A stretch of DNA of 63,947 nt, filler included, from Octopus bimaculoides (taxonomy: Eukaryota), in assembly GCF_001194135.2 (NCBI RefSeq). It is 8 parts of 8 records of this genome, joined end to end, with 100 filler letters (N's around TTAATTAATTAA, not from the genome) between each part and the next. Parts side by side here need not be neighbours in the genome. Positions count along the whole stretch, not along the records: positions 22,773 to 53,366 come from NC_068983.1; 7 more parts are not named here. One strand, written 5' to 3'. The translations under genes were made by a program, and so were the position numbers. Shown here in pieces: positions 27,801-41,252 of this stretch (its first letter is position 1; each line of letters starts with the position of its first letter). The notes below the pieces were generated by a model, which did not search any database, had not been told where the DNA came from, and was given only the letters and a program-made list of their open reading frames with translations.

Positions 27801-28465
27801 CTCCTCCTCCTCCTCTCTCTCTGATTTGAGAGAGTGAAATGAGTAAAATGCAGACTATATATGTTTCTTAGCAAGCTGATCATCTGATTTTATAGTTCCT
27901 GAGCAAGTGCTATCATCAGGCCAAGATTACTTTAATTAAATGAGAGGTACAGTGTTGCTTGGAATTTCTAAGTTAACTTACAGCAGAGATAAACTGAAAT
28001 GAACAGCGAAGCCAGAAGTACACGATAAAAAAACAAAAATTTGAAGAAATAAAAAAGTCAAGAAAGATTAGGTCAAATATGTGGGATTCGCATAGAGTTG
28101 ATGGGAATGAAGACTATATGACTATATGCTAAATGGTTTGAAAACCATCTGCTAGCATATCCCAACATTTCAAGCCATGGAAAAAATTCAAATATGAATT
28201 AGAAGCAGCTCAAGTTATATAAACAAAACCAAATACACATACACAAGATGTGTGTTTTGTTAGTTCATGGGTTGGGTGTGTTTTTTTAGGTATATGCTAA
28301 ATGGTTTTCAAACCTTGTTCAGTATGTGGCATTGTAAAGTCACAACAATGATGAAACATTGATGTCTGTCATTCAGAAAAGGGACCTGATGTGAGTTGTC
28401 TCACTTGCCTGTGACTTACTTTCAGGTGTCTTAACATCAGGTGCATTGAGAATATATTCTCTTAT

Positions 28466-28620
28466 GCCTAAAAAAAATGCAGTTGAACCACAAACTAACA
28501 ACATACACACCTTGTGTATGCATATTCAATTTTATTTATATATATAAATATAAACAAAATTCAATACACATACAGAAGGTGTGTGTGTTGTTAGTTCATG
28601 GGTCAACTGCATTTTTTAGG
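28466..28620. mobile_element. Palindromic MITE-like element
   Basis: GCCTAAAAAAAATGCAGTTGA...TCAACTGCATTTTTTAGGC fold-back centred on (AT)n. A partial copy of one arm lies at ~28225-28290. Confidence 0.7.
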
Positions 28621-28734
28621 CAATGACTACATAAAATATTACTGCTCCCCAAAATTTTTAGAGTGTGCTTTTTTTCAGACTTATGAATAACTGAATCTAT
28701 ATATCTATATAAAGATAGAAGACAACTGGACGTT

Positions 28735-29120
28735 TCTTAGAAGACAACCCGCTGAGGGCCACTGACCAGATCTGTGGAGGGTGCAAAGTCCCCTCTCGAC
28801 CGAAAATAACGTGGTGGCGGAACAATGTTGTTGACAGGGCTATTAGACAAAAGAAACAGCCTTGGAAGGACTGGAAGAACGGTGGTAGCAGGGAATTGTA
28901 TCAGACTGCCAGAAGGGAAGCTAGGCGACAAGGTTTATTTAGCCAGAGGGGAAGCAGATAAGAAAAAATTTGCCAATGTTCTGTGCCGTGAGGACCAAAG
29001 ACTTGAGGTATTTCGTGTTGCAAGACAGTGTGTGAGAGAGAATCGTGATGTCATGGGAGAGAAATGTGTTCACATGGATGATAGTACGCTTGCACTAAAC
29101 GAGGCTGCAAAGAAAGAGGT
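28735..29120 (+). mobile_element. RTE LINE internal fragment
   Basis: RATDQICG..KVPSRPKITWW.N..VD.AIRQKK..., RENRDVMGEKC, with a frameshift. Confidence 0.85.
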
Positions 29121-30512
29121 TTGTCATGATTTTACAATTATAAGAATCAGTTTTGTAACACTTCACTATCATTACAGCTTCCACTGCCAACAATGCCAGC
29201 ACCACCACCATCATCATCATCATCATTTTATATGTTATTCATGATGTCACATTTCACATCAGTACTTATTTAGTGTTACTGCCCTACTAGACAGGTCAGA
29301 GTATCACATCTTGCTTGTATGTTTTGTTTTGGGCTTGGTTTCCATGGCTGGATGCTCTTCAGTATATTTGAAAAGCTTTACAAACAACTGATATGTTATT
29401 AATATTTAGAGCTAATAAGGGAGTGAGCTGGCAGACTCATTAGCATGCCAGGCAAAATACTTAGCAGCATTCCATTCATCTTTACATCCTTCCGGGATCA
29501 ATAAAATAAGTACCAGTTGAGCACTGGGGTTGATGTAATTGACTTACCCACTCCCCAAACTGGCTGGCCTTGTGCCAAATTTGAAACTGATATTTAGGGC
29601 TAATTGGACATTTATAAATTATATCTAAATAAATTCGATAGCAAAAACAAAAGTATTTTATACATTCTAAACACCTGCATCCAGAAAATCTAAGTTTTCT
29701 TAATGAATTTATCTTGACTTCTATTTACTAAACTTGTCTTAATGAGTACACAATTTTACAAAAGTTTTATTTAATAATAGTAGAAAAAAGGAGATGTACC
29801 AGAGTGATTTTTATTAGGATATTACTGGAATTCGTTTTATCATAATCCTATTTTTTTGACTCAAAGCATAGGGTTGTGACTAAATATGTTAAAAGTATTT
29901 ATCCTGATTCTTCATCATTTCTATCAATGTGCCAATCATCTTTTCAAAGGTGTGGCTGCATAGTAAGATGTTTGATTCCCAACCAGCTGGTTCTAGGTTC
30001 AGTCCCACAATGTGGCACTTTGGGCAAGTGTTTTCTACTATAACCTCAGGCCAACCAAAGCCTTGTGAGTGGATTTAGTATACAGAAACTGAAACAAGCC
30101 TGTTGTGTGTGTGTGGGGGGGTCTGCTGTGCTTGTACCCCATCACCATTTGACAACCAATGTTGAAGTGTTCAGGTTCCCATAACTCAGCGATTCAGCCA
30201 AAGCAACTGATAGAATAAGTACCAGACTTTAAAAAAAAATGAGTACTGGGGTTGATTCATTCGACTAAAAATTCTTCATGGCAGTGCCCCAGCATGACCT
30301 CAGTCTAATGATTGAAACAAGTAAAAGACAAAAGATCATGCTTTGTACACTATGGTATACATTTATCTTCAAACTCAACACATGATTTTAAAAAATAACT
30401 AATTTTCCAAAAACATAATTTAAAAAACATTTGTCAGTTTGCCTTGAGCTGCTGCTGATTTTCACTCTGAAAAACTAATTCTTCATAGAGAACAAAGTGA
30501 CTTCTTTAATCA

Positions 30513-30531
30513 TCACATTCCTTGCCAGAGC
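30513..30531 (-). CDS. CCDC60: Probable last coding segment of CCDC60 (LWQGM then TGA TGA)
   Basis: Strong acceptor cttattttgcag at 30532-30534. All three frames hit stops within 60 nt. Phase-2 reading stops at 30515-30513. Confidence 0.45.
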
Positions 30532-31271
30532 CTGCAAAATAAGTTGAACTTGGTCCCACACTTCAAGTTGTTGCTCAGCCTCAAGTCAGCCCTAACTGAG
30601 TACATATAAGATCAAAGCAAACCAACCACAACATTCCTTCCCTTCTTATATCTAGAATTACATTATCAATGTACCCCACATCTTTTAAGATGGTAGGATG
30701 TAATTTTAGAAAAATTAGACTGCCATTTCTGGCAGATCAAGCAACCAAGCGGAGTATCATGTAGTGATAAATAGAAAAATTAGCAATAGTGTAATTAAAT
30801 GTCAATATACAGCATAATTGTAAGTCAAACATATCCTGATAAAGTGGAATACATGGGTGTGTGGTTGATAAACTTGCTCCCTCATCATTTGCATTTGAGT
30901 GCAGCCTCATTGCACAGAACCTTGGCCTTCTACTATAGCCCTGGGCAAAGGGAGTGGATATGGTAGGCAGAATCTGATGTGTGTGTGTGTGTGCATGTAT
31001 CTGTGCCCTTGTCTTGACGTCATATGATGGTGGAAAATGAGAATTACCATCATTGACTATAGGGAAATAATACTTTGTGTGGTAACAGGTGAGGGCTCAT
31101 GACAAGAAGAGCATCCAGCAGTAGAAAATCTGCTTCAATATATTCTGTCTGACCCATGCAAGAAAGGAAAAGTGAATGTTAAACCAATGATGATGATGAT
31201 AGGATATAATGGTAATAAATCACCTTCCATAACCCCAGTTTTGAATAATTTATAAAAAAAATATTTCTTAC

Positions 31272-31365
31272 AGCTTGAGTCTTGAATTTTCATTTGATGA
31301 AAAAGTTTCTGTGGTGGACTTCAGTTTTACACAGTCTTCAATGTTATCTTGTCCAGTTAAGTTAC
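31272..31365 (-). CDS. CCDC60: CCDC60 coding exon 11 (NLTGQDNIED...SRLKL)
   Basis: ttcttttcttttag acceptor, GTAAGA donor, 94 nt, phase 1/2. Confidence 0.8.
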
Positions 31366-31571
31366 CTAAAAGAAAAGAATCAAATGAGTGTTAGTCAAAA
31401 ACCAATATGACATGGAGATACATTAATAATACTGCACCACCACCATACATCTGTGTTTTATGGTTGCACACTAAGAGTCATGTCAATTACTACAGTAAGA
31501 CTAACTACGTATAATAATAAACAGATACACTACAAAATGTGCCTTTATCATGGTAATTGGCTTTAACTTAC

Positions 31572-31601
31572 CAATTGTTAACTCGGACTCAGGAAGTAGA
31601 G
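31572..31601 (-). CDS. CCDC60: CCDC60 30-nt micro-exon 10 (SLLPESELTIG)
   Basis: ttttttctcatctggacag acceptor, TTG|GTAAGT donor, frame-preserving, phase 1/1. Confidence 0.65.
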
Positions 31602-32416
31602 CTGTCCAGATGAGAAAAAAATAACTAATAAAGAATATGTTAAACATTTATGAAATTTACAGACAATTATTAAATAGTGAATGAATAGAGAAATGTGTAT
31701 AAAAAAGTTTTGACATAATACTTATAATATAATCAAACAAAAAGGAATTAGGATGCAGAAGTAACAGAAAAACAAATTAAAGTGACAGAAAAGTTTGTTG
31801 TATATATTCCAAAAATTAATAAAATTAAAAATTAAAAATTAAGGGAGTTCTTAATCTATTGGGCTTTAATTTAATAACAATGATAATAACAATTGGCTTC
31901 TTACATTATCACAAGACCATAAGTTTTAAGGGAGAATACAGTCAAGTATATCAACCCTAGGTCTCACCTGGACTTATTTTGTTGACCCCAGTGTAAAAGC
32001 AAAACAAAAGTATGCAATCAAATATAGTAAGATATTGTGTTTGTCACTCAACTGATTCTACCAATGCAAAATTTTCAATATAACAGGTGAAATTTCTATA
32101 GTCATTCTGTCTTATAATGACAGTAAAATCACATGCTGCAAGTTTAAAATGAAACTAAAATTTTAAAAAAAATATTGTTCTAGTGATAATATTTAATTAG
32201 TATGTTTGATCACTTACACAGCAGAGTATTTTTTATAAAACATTAACTTCAGCATTTCTGCAGAAAAGCCAATAGTTCATTGATTTAGGCAACTAACCTG
32301 AAATGTCAGTCATACATAATGCACTAATTGTGTTTAATTACTTAATATTTTTAGTAAACTTAATGATTTCAAAGACAGAGTATTTCAAAATGATATTATT
32401 ATCTTAAATATTAACA

Positions 32417-33761
32417 TATGAGGTCTGTCCGAAACAAAACTGAACTTTTTGTAAAACATTTTACTATCTCACTTACAAGTTAATTAAACTTGTCTCTTTC
32501 ACAAAAAGTTTCATTCATTGTTAATACACTGCTTTCCATTTTTGAAGAGTCCTGAAATATATTCCCAGGAGTAATACACAGCTCTTGGAGTGAATTTTCT
32601 TCAATCTCTTCTTTTGTCTGATGACCATCTTTCAGAGTGGAATTCAACTTAGGGAACAAGGAAAGTTTGCTGCGGCCAAATATGGAGAATAGGAAAGATG
32701 AACGATAAAGCTTTCTTGTGCTTTGCCAAAAAGTTACAGATTAGGAGTGTCACCAGGTGTGTTATCATGTTGCAACATCCAAATTTTGTTTGCCCATGCC
32801 TTTCTTTGCACTACTTCTCTCAAATGCCTCAGAATATCCAAGTAAAACTTGTTATTGATCATCTGACATCATGGAACACATAAGAAATGACATACTTCTA
32901 ATCAAAAAGGACAATCAACATCACTGTCGCATTTGATAAATACTGACATGCTAAGTTTTGGTCATAGAGGCAATGATTCAAGCCACTGCAAAAAATGCTT
33001 TTGTGTTTCAATATCCTAACTGTTCACCCTTGTTTCACCAAATGCTAAAACACTTTTCAGAAAGTTTTTAGCAGCATTCAAATGATCAAACAACTCCTAG
33101 TTGACTATGATTCATCTGTCATAGCATAAATTTTGCAGCAACACAATGCATCTTTGATTTTCTTTTTAAAATCATGTGGTGTGGGCTTTTACTGATTCCT
33201 ACTGTTTTGGAAGCGTTACAGGTAGTCAAACAACAAATTTTACAAGTCACAGCATGCACCTTCACAATGTGACCATTGTCTGCTGTAGTGGAAAATCAGC
33301 CAAATTTGGGATCATCATTGGTAGAAGTTCATTGTAATATGAGATGTTGGTATCACTCATGATATTGCAGATGGCTCAAACAATCCTCTCTAAAGGCCTG
33401 TTGCAATATTAGAAAAATTTCCATAAAAGCCTCTTCTTTCTTTTATTTTAATTTTTTTTTTTTTAGTTGACAGAAATTACAAAGTGACTTAAGGACTGAG
33501 TTTCATGCATTTTGAAACAATTTCACAAAACATTGCATTTCTAACTCCTTCATTGTTAAATGTGTAGCAAATTGCCAAGTGCACAAAAAAAATGTTCATT
33601 ATGATCTGTGTGGATCAATGATTAAATAACTTGGAATGATGTTCAATTATAATTAAACTACAAGTCAAGATCACCTGTACACAGCACTGCAGTCACAAGC
33701 ATGCTGTGTCAGGTGAGGGCTCTTTCAAAAGTTTCATCGTTTTTTTTTCAATAGACCTCAT
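32417..33761 (-). mobile_element. Near full-length decayed mariner in CCDC60 intron 9
   Basis: TIRs TATGAGGTCTG... at 32417 and ...AGACCTCATA at 33761. Minus-strand remnants HLREVVQRK...LQHDNTP...YSPYLA. Confidence 0.8.
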
Positions 33762-34035
33762 AGAATTTCAATAGTAATTCTATCTCATTCATAGTGCTAA
33801 TAAAGCCAAATTACAAAGTAACAGGATACTTTCATGTTACTATGTGACCAGCTTATCATAAATGCTACATTGGTATGTATACCTTTGGCACTTACCATGG
33901 ATTTGATTCAGTTACTTGAAAATACTTAGAAACACTTCATAATAGAATTACCTCAACAATCTAAAATATTTAAATAATAAAATATTTAAACACCAAAAAT
34001 AAAGAAGCATTAAATGAAAATTTTAAATGACTTAC

Positions 34036-34246
34036 ATGATACCGAGCTATTATCTTCATTTAACATTTCAAGACAATCTTCAGTAAGACTAGATTCTGTT
34101 CGATAAGATGGACTAGCAACTTCTTGAGATTGATGAATTGGTGTTGTACTTACACTTAACCCTGTAGTATATGAACTACGCCGACTACTTGAGTGACGTG
34201 TCATGTAGCCATATTGCTTCCGGCCAGATGCCAATTTATAACAGGC
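34036..34246 (-). CDS. CCDC60: CCDC60 coding exon 9 (ACYKLASGRK...SRRSS...NSSVS)
   Basis: tttttatag acceptor, GTAAGT donor, 211 nt, phase 0/1. Ser-rich and open. Confidence 0.87.
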
Positions 34247-34899
34247 CTATAAAAACAATTTACATTAAATGTGTTATTCTTCAACCTCAATGGTAAAGTT
34301 TTAAAGAAGTTAAATTGTCATTATGAAAGGAATTATGCTCATCAGAACATTAAGTTTATAGTTTATGACTAAAAATTTAAATGCAAAACTCTTTCTACTC
34401 ATACTAGACAGCGGTTTCTATTACTTCACACTATAAACTATTCAAGATGAACACTGTGTCAGTCTCACTGGTGTTTGAGGGTCTGCAGAAACTATATGTA
34501 CAGCTCTTTCCTCAAGAACAAACCAATAAAAGAAAACCAAAAATTTTAAAAAACCCATATTTGATGATAACTCATTACATGTTCAACAGCTAAGTGATTG
34601 AAAATTTAAACAAAAACTCCTTAAAATTAATTTTAAAACTCCAACCAAAGTCCTTTCTGGAATAAATAAGAAAAAGAGTGAGGAGAATGTACAAATTCAA
34701 AATAGTAATTTGTAATGAACTAAAAACATGTGAACAAAGACAACTGAGGGCAATTGAACTAAGATAAACATTTACAATACAAAACTGCAACAAAATGGAG
34801 TCTTAAGAGAAGACGTTTCCAACAAATATTGGTATATAACATACTTCAAGAGAAAGATCTTTAAATTATCTGACTGGTTGCAAAAGAGAGGTGTTAGAT

Positions 34900-35154
34900 C
34901 AGTGTTTCTCAACCATTTTTTACTTATGGACCCCTTTGATTCCTATTTTACTTATATGTACCTTCCTACCTATTCTATGCTTTAAAAATTCTATTATATT
35001 TTTATAATTAAATATAATTAGGAATTATGTACAAAAAAATCGTTAAAATATTTTGTGTACAGTAGAAATATAATCTATTCATTGCACATAAATTTTAACA
35101 ACCAAATCTTATGTGGACTTCAAGGGCCATACAGACCCCAGTTGAGAAACACTG
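34900..35154. mobile_element. hAT MITE
   Basis: TIR CAGTGTTTCTCAAC / GTTGAGAAACACTG. 8-bp TSD TGTTAGAT / GGTTAGAT. Confidence 0.88.
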
Positions 35155-36681
35155 GGTTAGATTGAATGGCTATTGATAAAAGTAATCAGATATTTAGAAG
35201 TTTTAAACTAGGATTTTTTTTCTTTACCATTTTGTCAGGAAGGGAAGTGCAGCATTAAGAACACTTTACTTTTTCAAGGCTTCCAAGACTGATGGGAAGA
35301 ATGGAGGAAGTTATTCTTAAACCAAAGATTGACCTGAATGCTTGCATTTTCAATAGAGTGAACTCTTGCAAAAGATAGGACCAGATGGTGGTGTGAAACA
35401 AGGTAACAGACTAAGTTTACCAGCTAAACTTAAATGATGTAAAAGTTTCAATTAAAATACATTTGTTCTAAAATCATACAGAAGAGTAGCTAATGTATTA
35501 TTTCACAGGAAAACAGATAATGACACTCATGCTTAATATAGCATAAATATTGGGTAAAAAATCAAACAATATATATTTAATTTCCTTATGTTAAACTTAT
35601 TCTGTATCAATTCAATATATGACATAATTTGTATTTTACTTCTAAAAATAATAATTACACTATATAAAAGTCTAACCATTATTTGCAAGCGAGTTTGTAT
35701 GATGCTTTTGCTAATTATTTTAGGTGGCTGTGTAGTTATGAACAGACAGACACCCTCTCAGTCTCTCACTTTAACCGAATGGAACATTAAAGATGTATCA
35801 GTTGAAGGACAGTGAAGGCGGCACCAGTACTTGGCTGTTACTAATTTTCAGTTGAATAAACCGAAGCAATGTGAGAACAATGTGCTTTGCTCTGGGATAC
35901 AACTCATCACCCAATCCTGGAGTCAAATCTACAACATTATGTTCACAAACTCAACACCTTCACCATTAAACTATGTGCCTTCACACACACTATGTACTTC
36001 AACAGAAATAAAAGAGTATGTGCTGTAAAACATCATAGTACTGCATCAGTTTCACCTGGTTACTCATATTTTGTACCTGCATGCAAAGACTGCAATGACA
36101 TGGAAGCCAGAAAGAAATTGGGAGAAGTACTAGACTAAGAACATCTGGCACCAGACATTCAAAGAGAACCTCAAATGTATGGGGTCTAGTTGGGCAGAAG
36201 TGGGAAAACTGTAAGAGATTGACTATGCAGGAAGAAGCTTGATGCCTTGTGCATCACACCTAAGTTTAAGTAACATATATTCTAGAAAAAAAAAGAAGAC
36301 ATTTACAATTATTATTATTGACACATACGTCTTGCTTTAAACCCTTTCATGTGTTCATCATTCATAATATTCGGTGAAATTAAAGATATCTAATTAATAT
36401 ATATAAACCAGTTAGAATGCAAGAATTAGCTCTTTATCTCAATGTGACCATTATTCATTATCATCACTTTTTCATGCAGGCATGGATAGAATGGTTTTTC
36501 TGAGGCAGTTTTTATGGTTGCATGCCTTTCCTGTCACAAACCTGTTTATTCACCTCTCACAATATACGGGGATGCAATGACCTATTCTAAAACAGAGATA
36601 CACACAACAGAAATATGGTAAATATTGGGTTACATATATATATATGTACATGCATGTGCACGTGTGTGCACATACACATGT

Positions 36682-36765
<84 letters not shown>

Positions 36766-37005
36766 GATTACTTTTACCAACAAAATTTTAAAATGTATAT
36801 ATATTTCAAATTATTTGACATATCTATGATGTAAAAGAATGAGTTTCTTAGATTTGAAAATTTTCTCATTTTGTTTTACTGAAAGCAATTATCCTTTTTT
36901 TTTTTAAAAAAAAATCTAGGCAATTTTGTTTGTCTAATATAAACAACATAAATCTAATAAGCAATAATCAATAAAAATTTAAGAGAGAACAAGATTTTAA
37001 CCAAC

Positions 37006-37090
37006 GTTTCCAATGATTCCAGAAGTGTTGAAGTAATCTAATCTCTGTTTCTGAAATTTCTTTAAGAATATCTTTGATCCACCAATATCC
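37006..37090 (-). CDS. CCDC60: CCDC60 coding exon 8 (EDIGGSKIFLKK...GIIGN)
   Basis: atttcag acceptor after an 89-nt intron, AAC|GTTGGT donor, 85 nt, phase 2/0. WNIEDIGGSK resembles recalled human WNPKDPGGSK. Confidence 0.88.
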
Positions 37091-37179
37091 CTGAAATATA
37101 TAGGGTGATATAAGTAATGAATTCTTTATTAATATATTTCTATCTTCTTAGCCAGAAATAATTATGGCTATTTACTTAC

Positions 37180-37284
37180 TCTATATTCCAAGAAGAATGG
37201 ATGTGATTCATAGAATGATTTGAATCATTGCTGGAAGCTTCCAATAGCCAATGGAGAGCACATAGTTGTCGGAATAAAGAGTCC
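37180..37284 (-). CDS. CCDC60: CCDC60 coding exon 7 (DSLFRQLCALHWLLEA...WNI)
   Basis: attgcag acceptor, GTAAGT donor, 105 nt, phase 2/2. LFRQLCALHWLLEA is the diagnostic CCDC60 motif as I recall it. Confidence 0.93.
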
Positions 37285-39202
37285 CTGCAATAGATGATAA
37301 AAAGACAATAATGTAAATGGCTATAGAGTGAAAGATGAATGTTTCACTAACAATATGATAATGTTTAAGTCTTTATCTAAAAGTAAAGCTACAACTATAT
37401 TCTTCAGATATACATGAATGAGTGTTGTATGCATCTGGATGGAGGTTGTAAAAGATCAGCTAGAAGCAAGGTGCAAAGGCTACAGTAGTTATAGTAGAAA
37501 AGGCAGAGTGAGGAAACAGCTCCTCTATAAGCCAGAGGCTGGAGTGTGTTAGTGAGTAATTCCATGACAATCAATCACATGACCTTTTCTGGATACCATC
37601 TAAGATGCTCATGTATGCAGTAACAGTTACCATCCCAGATATAGGAAGTATATTCCATTAAAGAACTTTGTTGATTTGCATAAAGAGCTAACAACTGCTG
37701 AAGCATGTTCTAGCTCAAAGAGCAAATCTTTAGGCCCTGGTTTTTATTATGTTGTGGATGTGAGATTGTCAGGAATATATACTAGTGATTGTGAGGTTTA
37801 GCATTTTTAATTTTATAGGTTTTAAAATTTTAAAGCATTTTAAAGGTTTCAGTTGCATGTTATCATGATTTGAGAAAGTGTGACACAAGTATGTTTTCTT
37901 GATTTGTGCAATTATTGTATCTTTGTACAGTTGAAGAGGACATAATTACAAACCCATGGAGAATATTTTTTGAGATATCTGTTAATGAAAGCGATGTATG
38001 TCTAATGTGAGATGTCTAGGTTGCAAGTGAATGTTGCCTGTATGCAGAAAGTCAAGGATCAGTAAAGAGTGGTATCATTTGCATAGCAGAGAGTTGTTCT
38101 TAGCAGTAACAGCAGATAAGTCTTTGATATACAGGAGGGATTTCAGGTCCCACTACAGTTAATAGTGTGGTTCAGAGAGACCCTGATCGACATACAAATG
38201 CAGTGGTGAGATCTCACAAGAAACTTTTGTTCTAAGAGATAAGAGATGGCTGAAACCCATCATCATCATCATTTAACGTCCGTTTTCCATGCTAGCATGG
38301 GTTGGACAGTTCGACTGGGGTCTGGGAAGCCAGGAGGCTGCACCAGGCTCCAGTCTGATCTGGCAGTGTTTCTACAGCTGGATGCCCTTTCTAATGCCAA
38401 CCACTCCATGAGTGTAGTGGGTGCGTTTTACGTGCCACCGGCATAGGGGCCAGAGGGGGCTGGCAACGGCCACGATCGGTTGGTGCTTTTTACATGTCAC
38501 CGGCACAGAAGCCAGTCAAGGTGGCACTGGCATCAGCCATGTTTGGATGGTGCTTTTTACATGCCACAGCCTTCCTACTTACTAGAACTTTGGTCTTTGC
38601 TACATTGACTCTAAGGCCTTTTGATTCTAAACCTTGCTTCTACACCTGAAATTTCTTCTCTAGTTCTGGTAGTGATTTTGCTTTGAGGGCCAGACAGTTA
38701 AAAGTTAAGTGCAATACTGTTCTCAATGGAAAGGGCCCACTAATGAGTGACACAAGAAAACATGTCTCCAGTAGATCTGATGTTTGGAGAGTGATAGAGG
38801 TAGCAGATATAGTTGGGAAAATGGGAGAGGGAGACTTTGAGCCAGTGTTACAGGAACTCCTTGCTGCTGTATCCAGATGAGAGAGGTGAGTTATAACAAG
38901 AGAGTAATCATCTATTTCTAGTCTTCATCCTTTTGCTTCTACTGAGTCTTACTTCCTACAGCTTATTCTACAAACTTTTTATATACTTCAGGAAATACTA
39001 CTTTACCAATATTTTCTTTCTAGAGAAAAAAAATCAACAGTTTTTGAAAAATGAAAATTAAACATTAAGCAATTTCACCAAGGAAGAAGCTAAAACATTT
39101 ATGGATATTAAACTTCCTTTTAAGACTAAGATATATACAGTAAGCAAACAAAACAAGTCACAAATTAAAATATTAAATTGTAATCATGCAATAGATACAA
39201 AC

Positions 39203-39379
39203 CCATTTATATTGCTAACACAATGAGCTATATTGTTATGTTGTGGTGTATATGGTCTAGCATGAATTGATTTTTTCCTGTTTGAAGGGTACTCAGTAAT
39301 TGTGGGTTTCTTATCACTGGAGCTATTATTCATTGGTGAGGAACTTTCAGATACTATTGACTTGGTTCCATCTAAGTCA
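39203..39379 (-). CDS. CCDC60: CCDC60 coding exon 6 (...HARPYTPQHNNI...)
   Basis: tttttcag acceptor, GG|GTTTGT donor, 177 nt, phase 2/2. RPYTPQH matches the recalled RPFTPIH motif. Confidence 0.87.
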
Positions 39380-41252
39380 CTGAAAAAAACCCAATAATAT
39401 AATGATATACATTGTTTCACACATATTTACTTACGAAATCCAAAAGCATTGAAGTCAGAACCAAATACATACAACTGTCAATTGTAATGAGGGCAATATA
39501 CTTGAGAAGAAAGTTTGCAGGGAATTTGAATTAAATAGCCATAAAAAACTACTGAATTAAAAGTATCAAACACACTGAATAAATATTTTAGACAAATAAG
39601 CAGTTTCCACATATGCTAAATTATGCTACCTCATTTATCATGATTACAGTTTTATTATCATGACTCACAATAAACAAAGAAATATTTTATTTTTATATTT
39701 GGGGATGGTCCTTTTTTTTTTACTAATTAACTACATGCACTATATACTTGTTCTTCATTTCAGCTTTAAAGCTGAAGTGAAGAACATGTACATAGTGCAT
39801 CAGGTTAATTGGCAAAAAAATATGATCATCCCCAAATATAACATTTTATTTTTAATTAGAGAAAATGAGAATATTTTTAGAAATATATTACATTGGAAAA
39901 ACCAAAAACAGTAGTCATATTAATCAAAGACAGTCAAAAACATTAATTAGGTACAAAATTCAAATTGAAAATTGTTGTTATCAAAACATCCATTCTAAGC
40001 CTATATTTCTCCCTCTTTGTATTTAAATCTATTTCTGTAGACAGTAAATTGTAGGACAAAATGCCAGACAGTATTTGTTCTGGTTCTGTGTGCTATAAAT
40101 TCAAATCCCAAACAAGATCAACTTGTCTTTCATCATTTCAGGGTGTTCAAACTAAAGTACCAGTTCAGAAAAGTGGATTAGTGACATTTTTAGAATGTTG
40201 GGCGAGGTGCTTTGCAGTATTTGTTCAGCTCCTTTTATTCTGAATTCTTGGGTCATAGACTATTGCCCAGTTTTGCACTACCACTTGGTTCTTGGGTACA
40301 TTTAGCAGAGTTCACTCAGTTGCAAGCATTTGGATCAGGTTTCTAATTTATGGATAACTACCTTCCCACCCTCTTTAGCCTCAGAGACAAACAGAAATGG
40401 GATCAAAGGCACAACTTTTCTTCCCTGACTAAACAGTAGAAAGAAAAAAATTAGGTTACCTAAACAATAGTATTTAGAACTAGATGTTTGTTTTTATTTG
40501 AAATCATGACACAACAGTAAATTTAAAGGAAATATAGTGTAACAGATTGTTTTTACTGTGGAATGTTCTTGTTGGAGAAATCGGCCTTAGAGATGGATGC
40601 TCTTCCTATTGCTAAACACTCAGCTATGAAGCAAGCAGGGTTATGCACTTTCATCATGGCTGGAAATTGCAATTAACTGAAAATGCTGTTGTAATTCAGT
40701 ACCTTACTCCTTAACGTGATTACATAAATTCATGCTATTGGCTCACTTGAGGTTTTTTCGTTAGTTCATTTTATTATTAACATTTCTGTTTGTTAGCCTA
40801 AAAAGGCATTTCACATCATCTCACACTTAAATGCCTTTTTACATTTTTATTTTTGCTTCTTCAACCAGATAAAGATGAAACAAATTATGTTCAAAATCAA
40901 ACAAGATTTGGATTCATTTTTGTTGATGCTGCTGTTGCTTAGATTCAGGTCAGTTGATCGAGCAACTGTATAATCAAATGCATTCTTTCAATGACCAACT
41001 CATTTCTTTTGTATATCAAGGATTACATAGTTGAATGTATCCTTCATTATTTTTTTTTGTCTGTTTATTGACATAATTTGTACTTTTACATTACAATGAT
41101 TTTCTTTCAACAGCTATCTCCTTGAGAAAAAAAAAAAAGCAAAAAAAAAAAATAATAAATCCAATAAACAAGTTATGATTAAAAGTTGTCAGTTTATTGA
41201 TTACATGACAAATAAAGAAAAGACAGTAATTAAAATTGAAATTGTTTCTTAC

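Noticed and set aside
34469-34482. 14-nt micro-exon candidate (ACCCTCAAACACCA) with good splice signals
   Set aside because: Exons 8 and 9 already join in phase 0. Inclusion would frameshift, and it fits only a wrong reading frame of exon 8.
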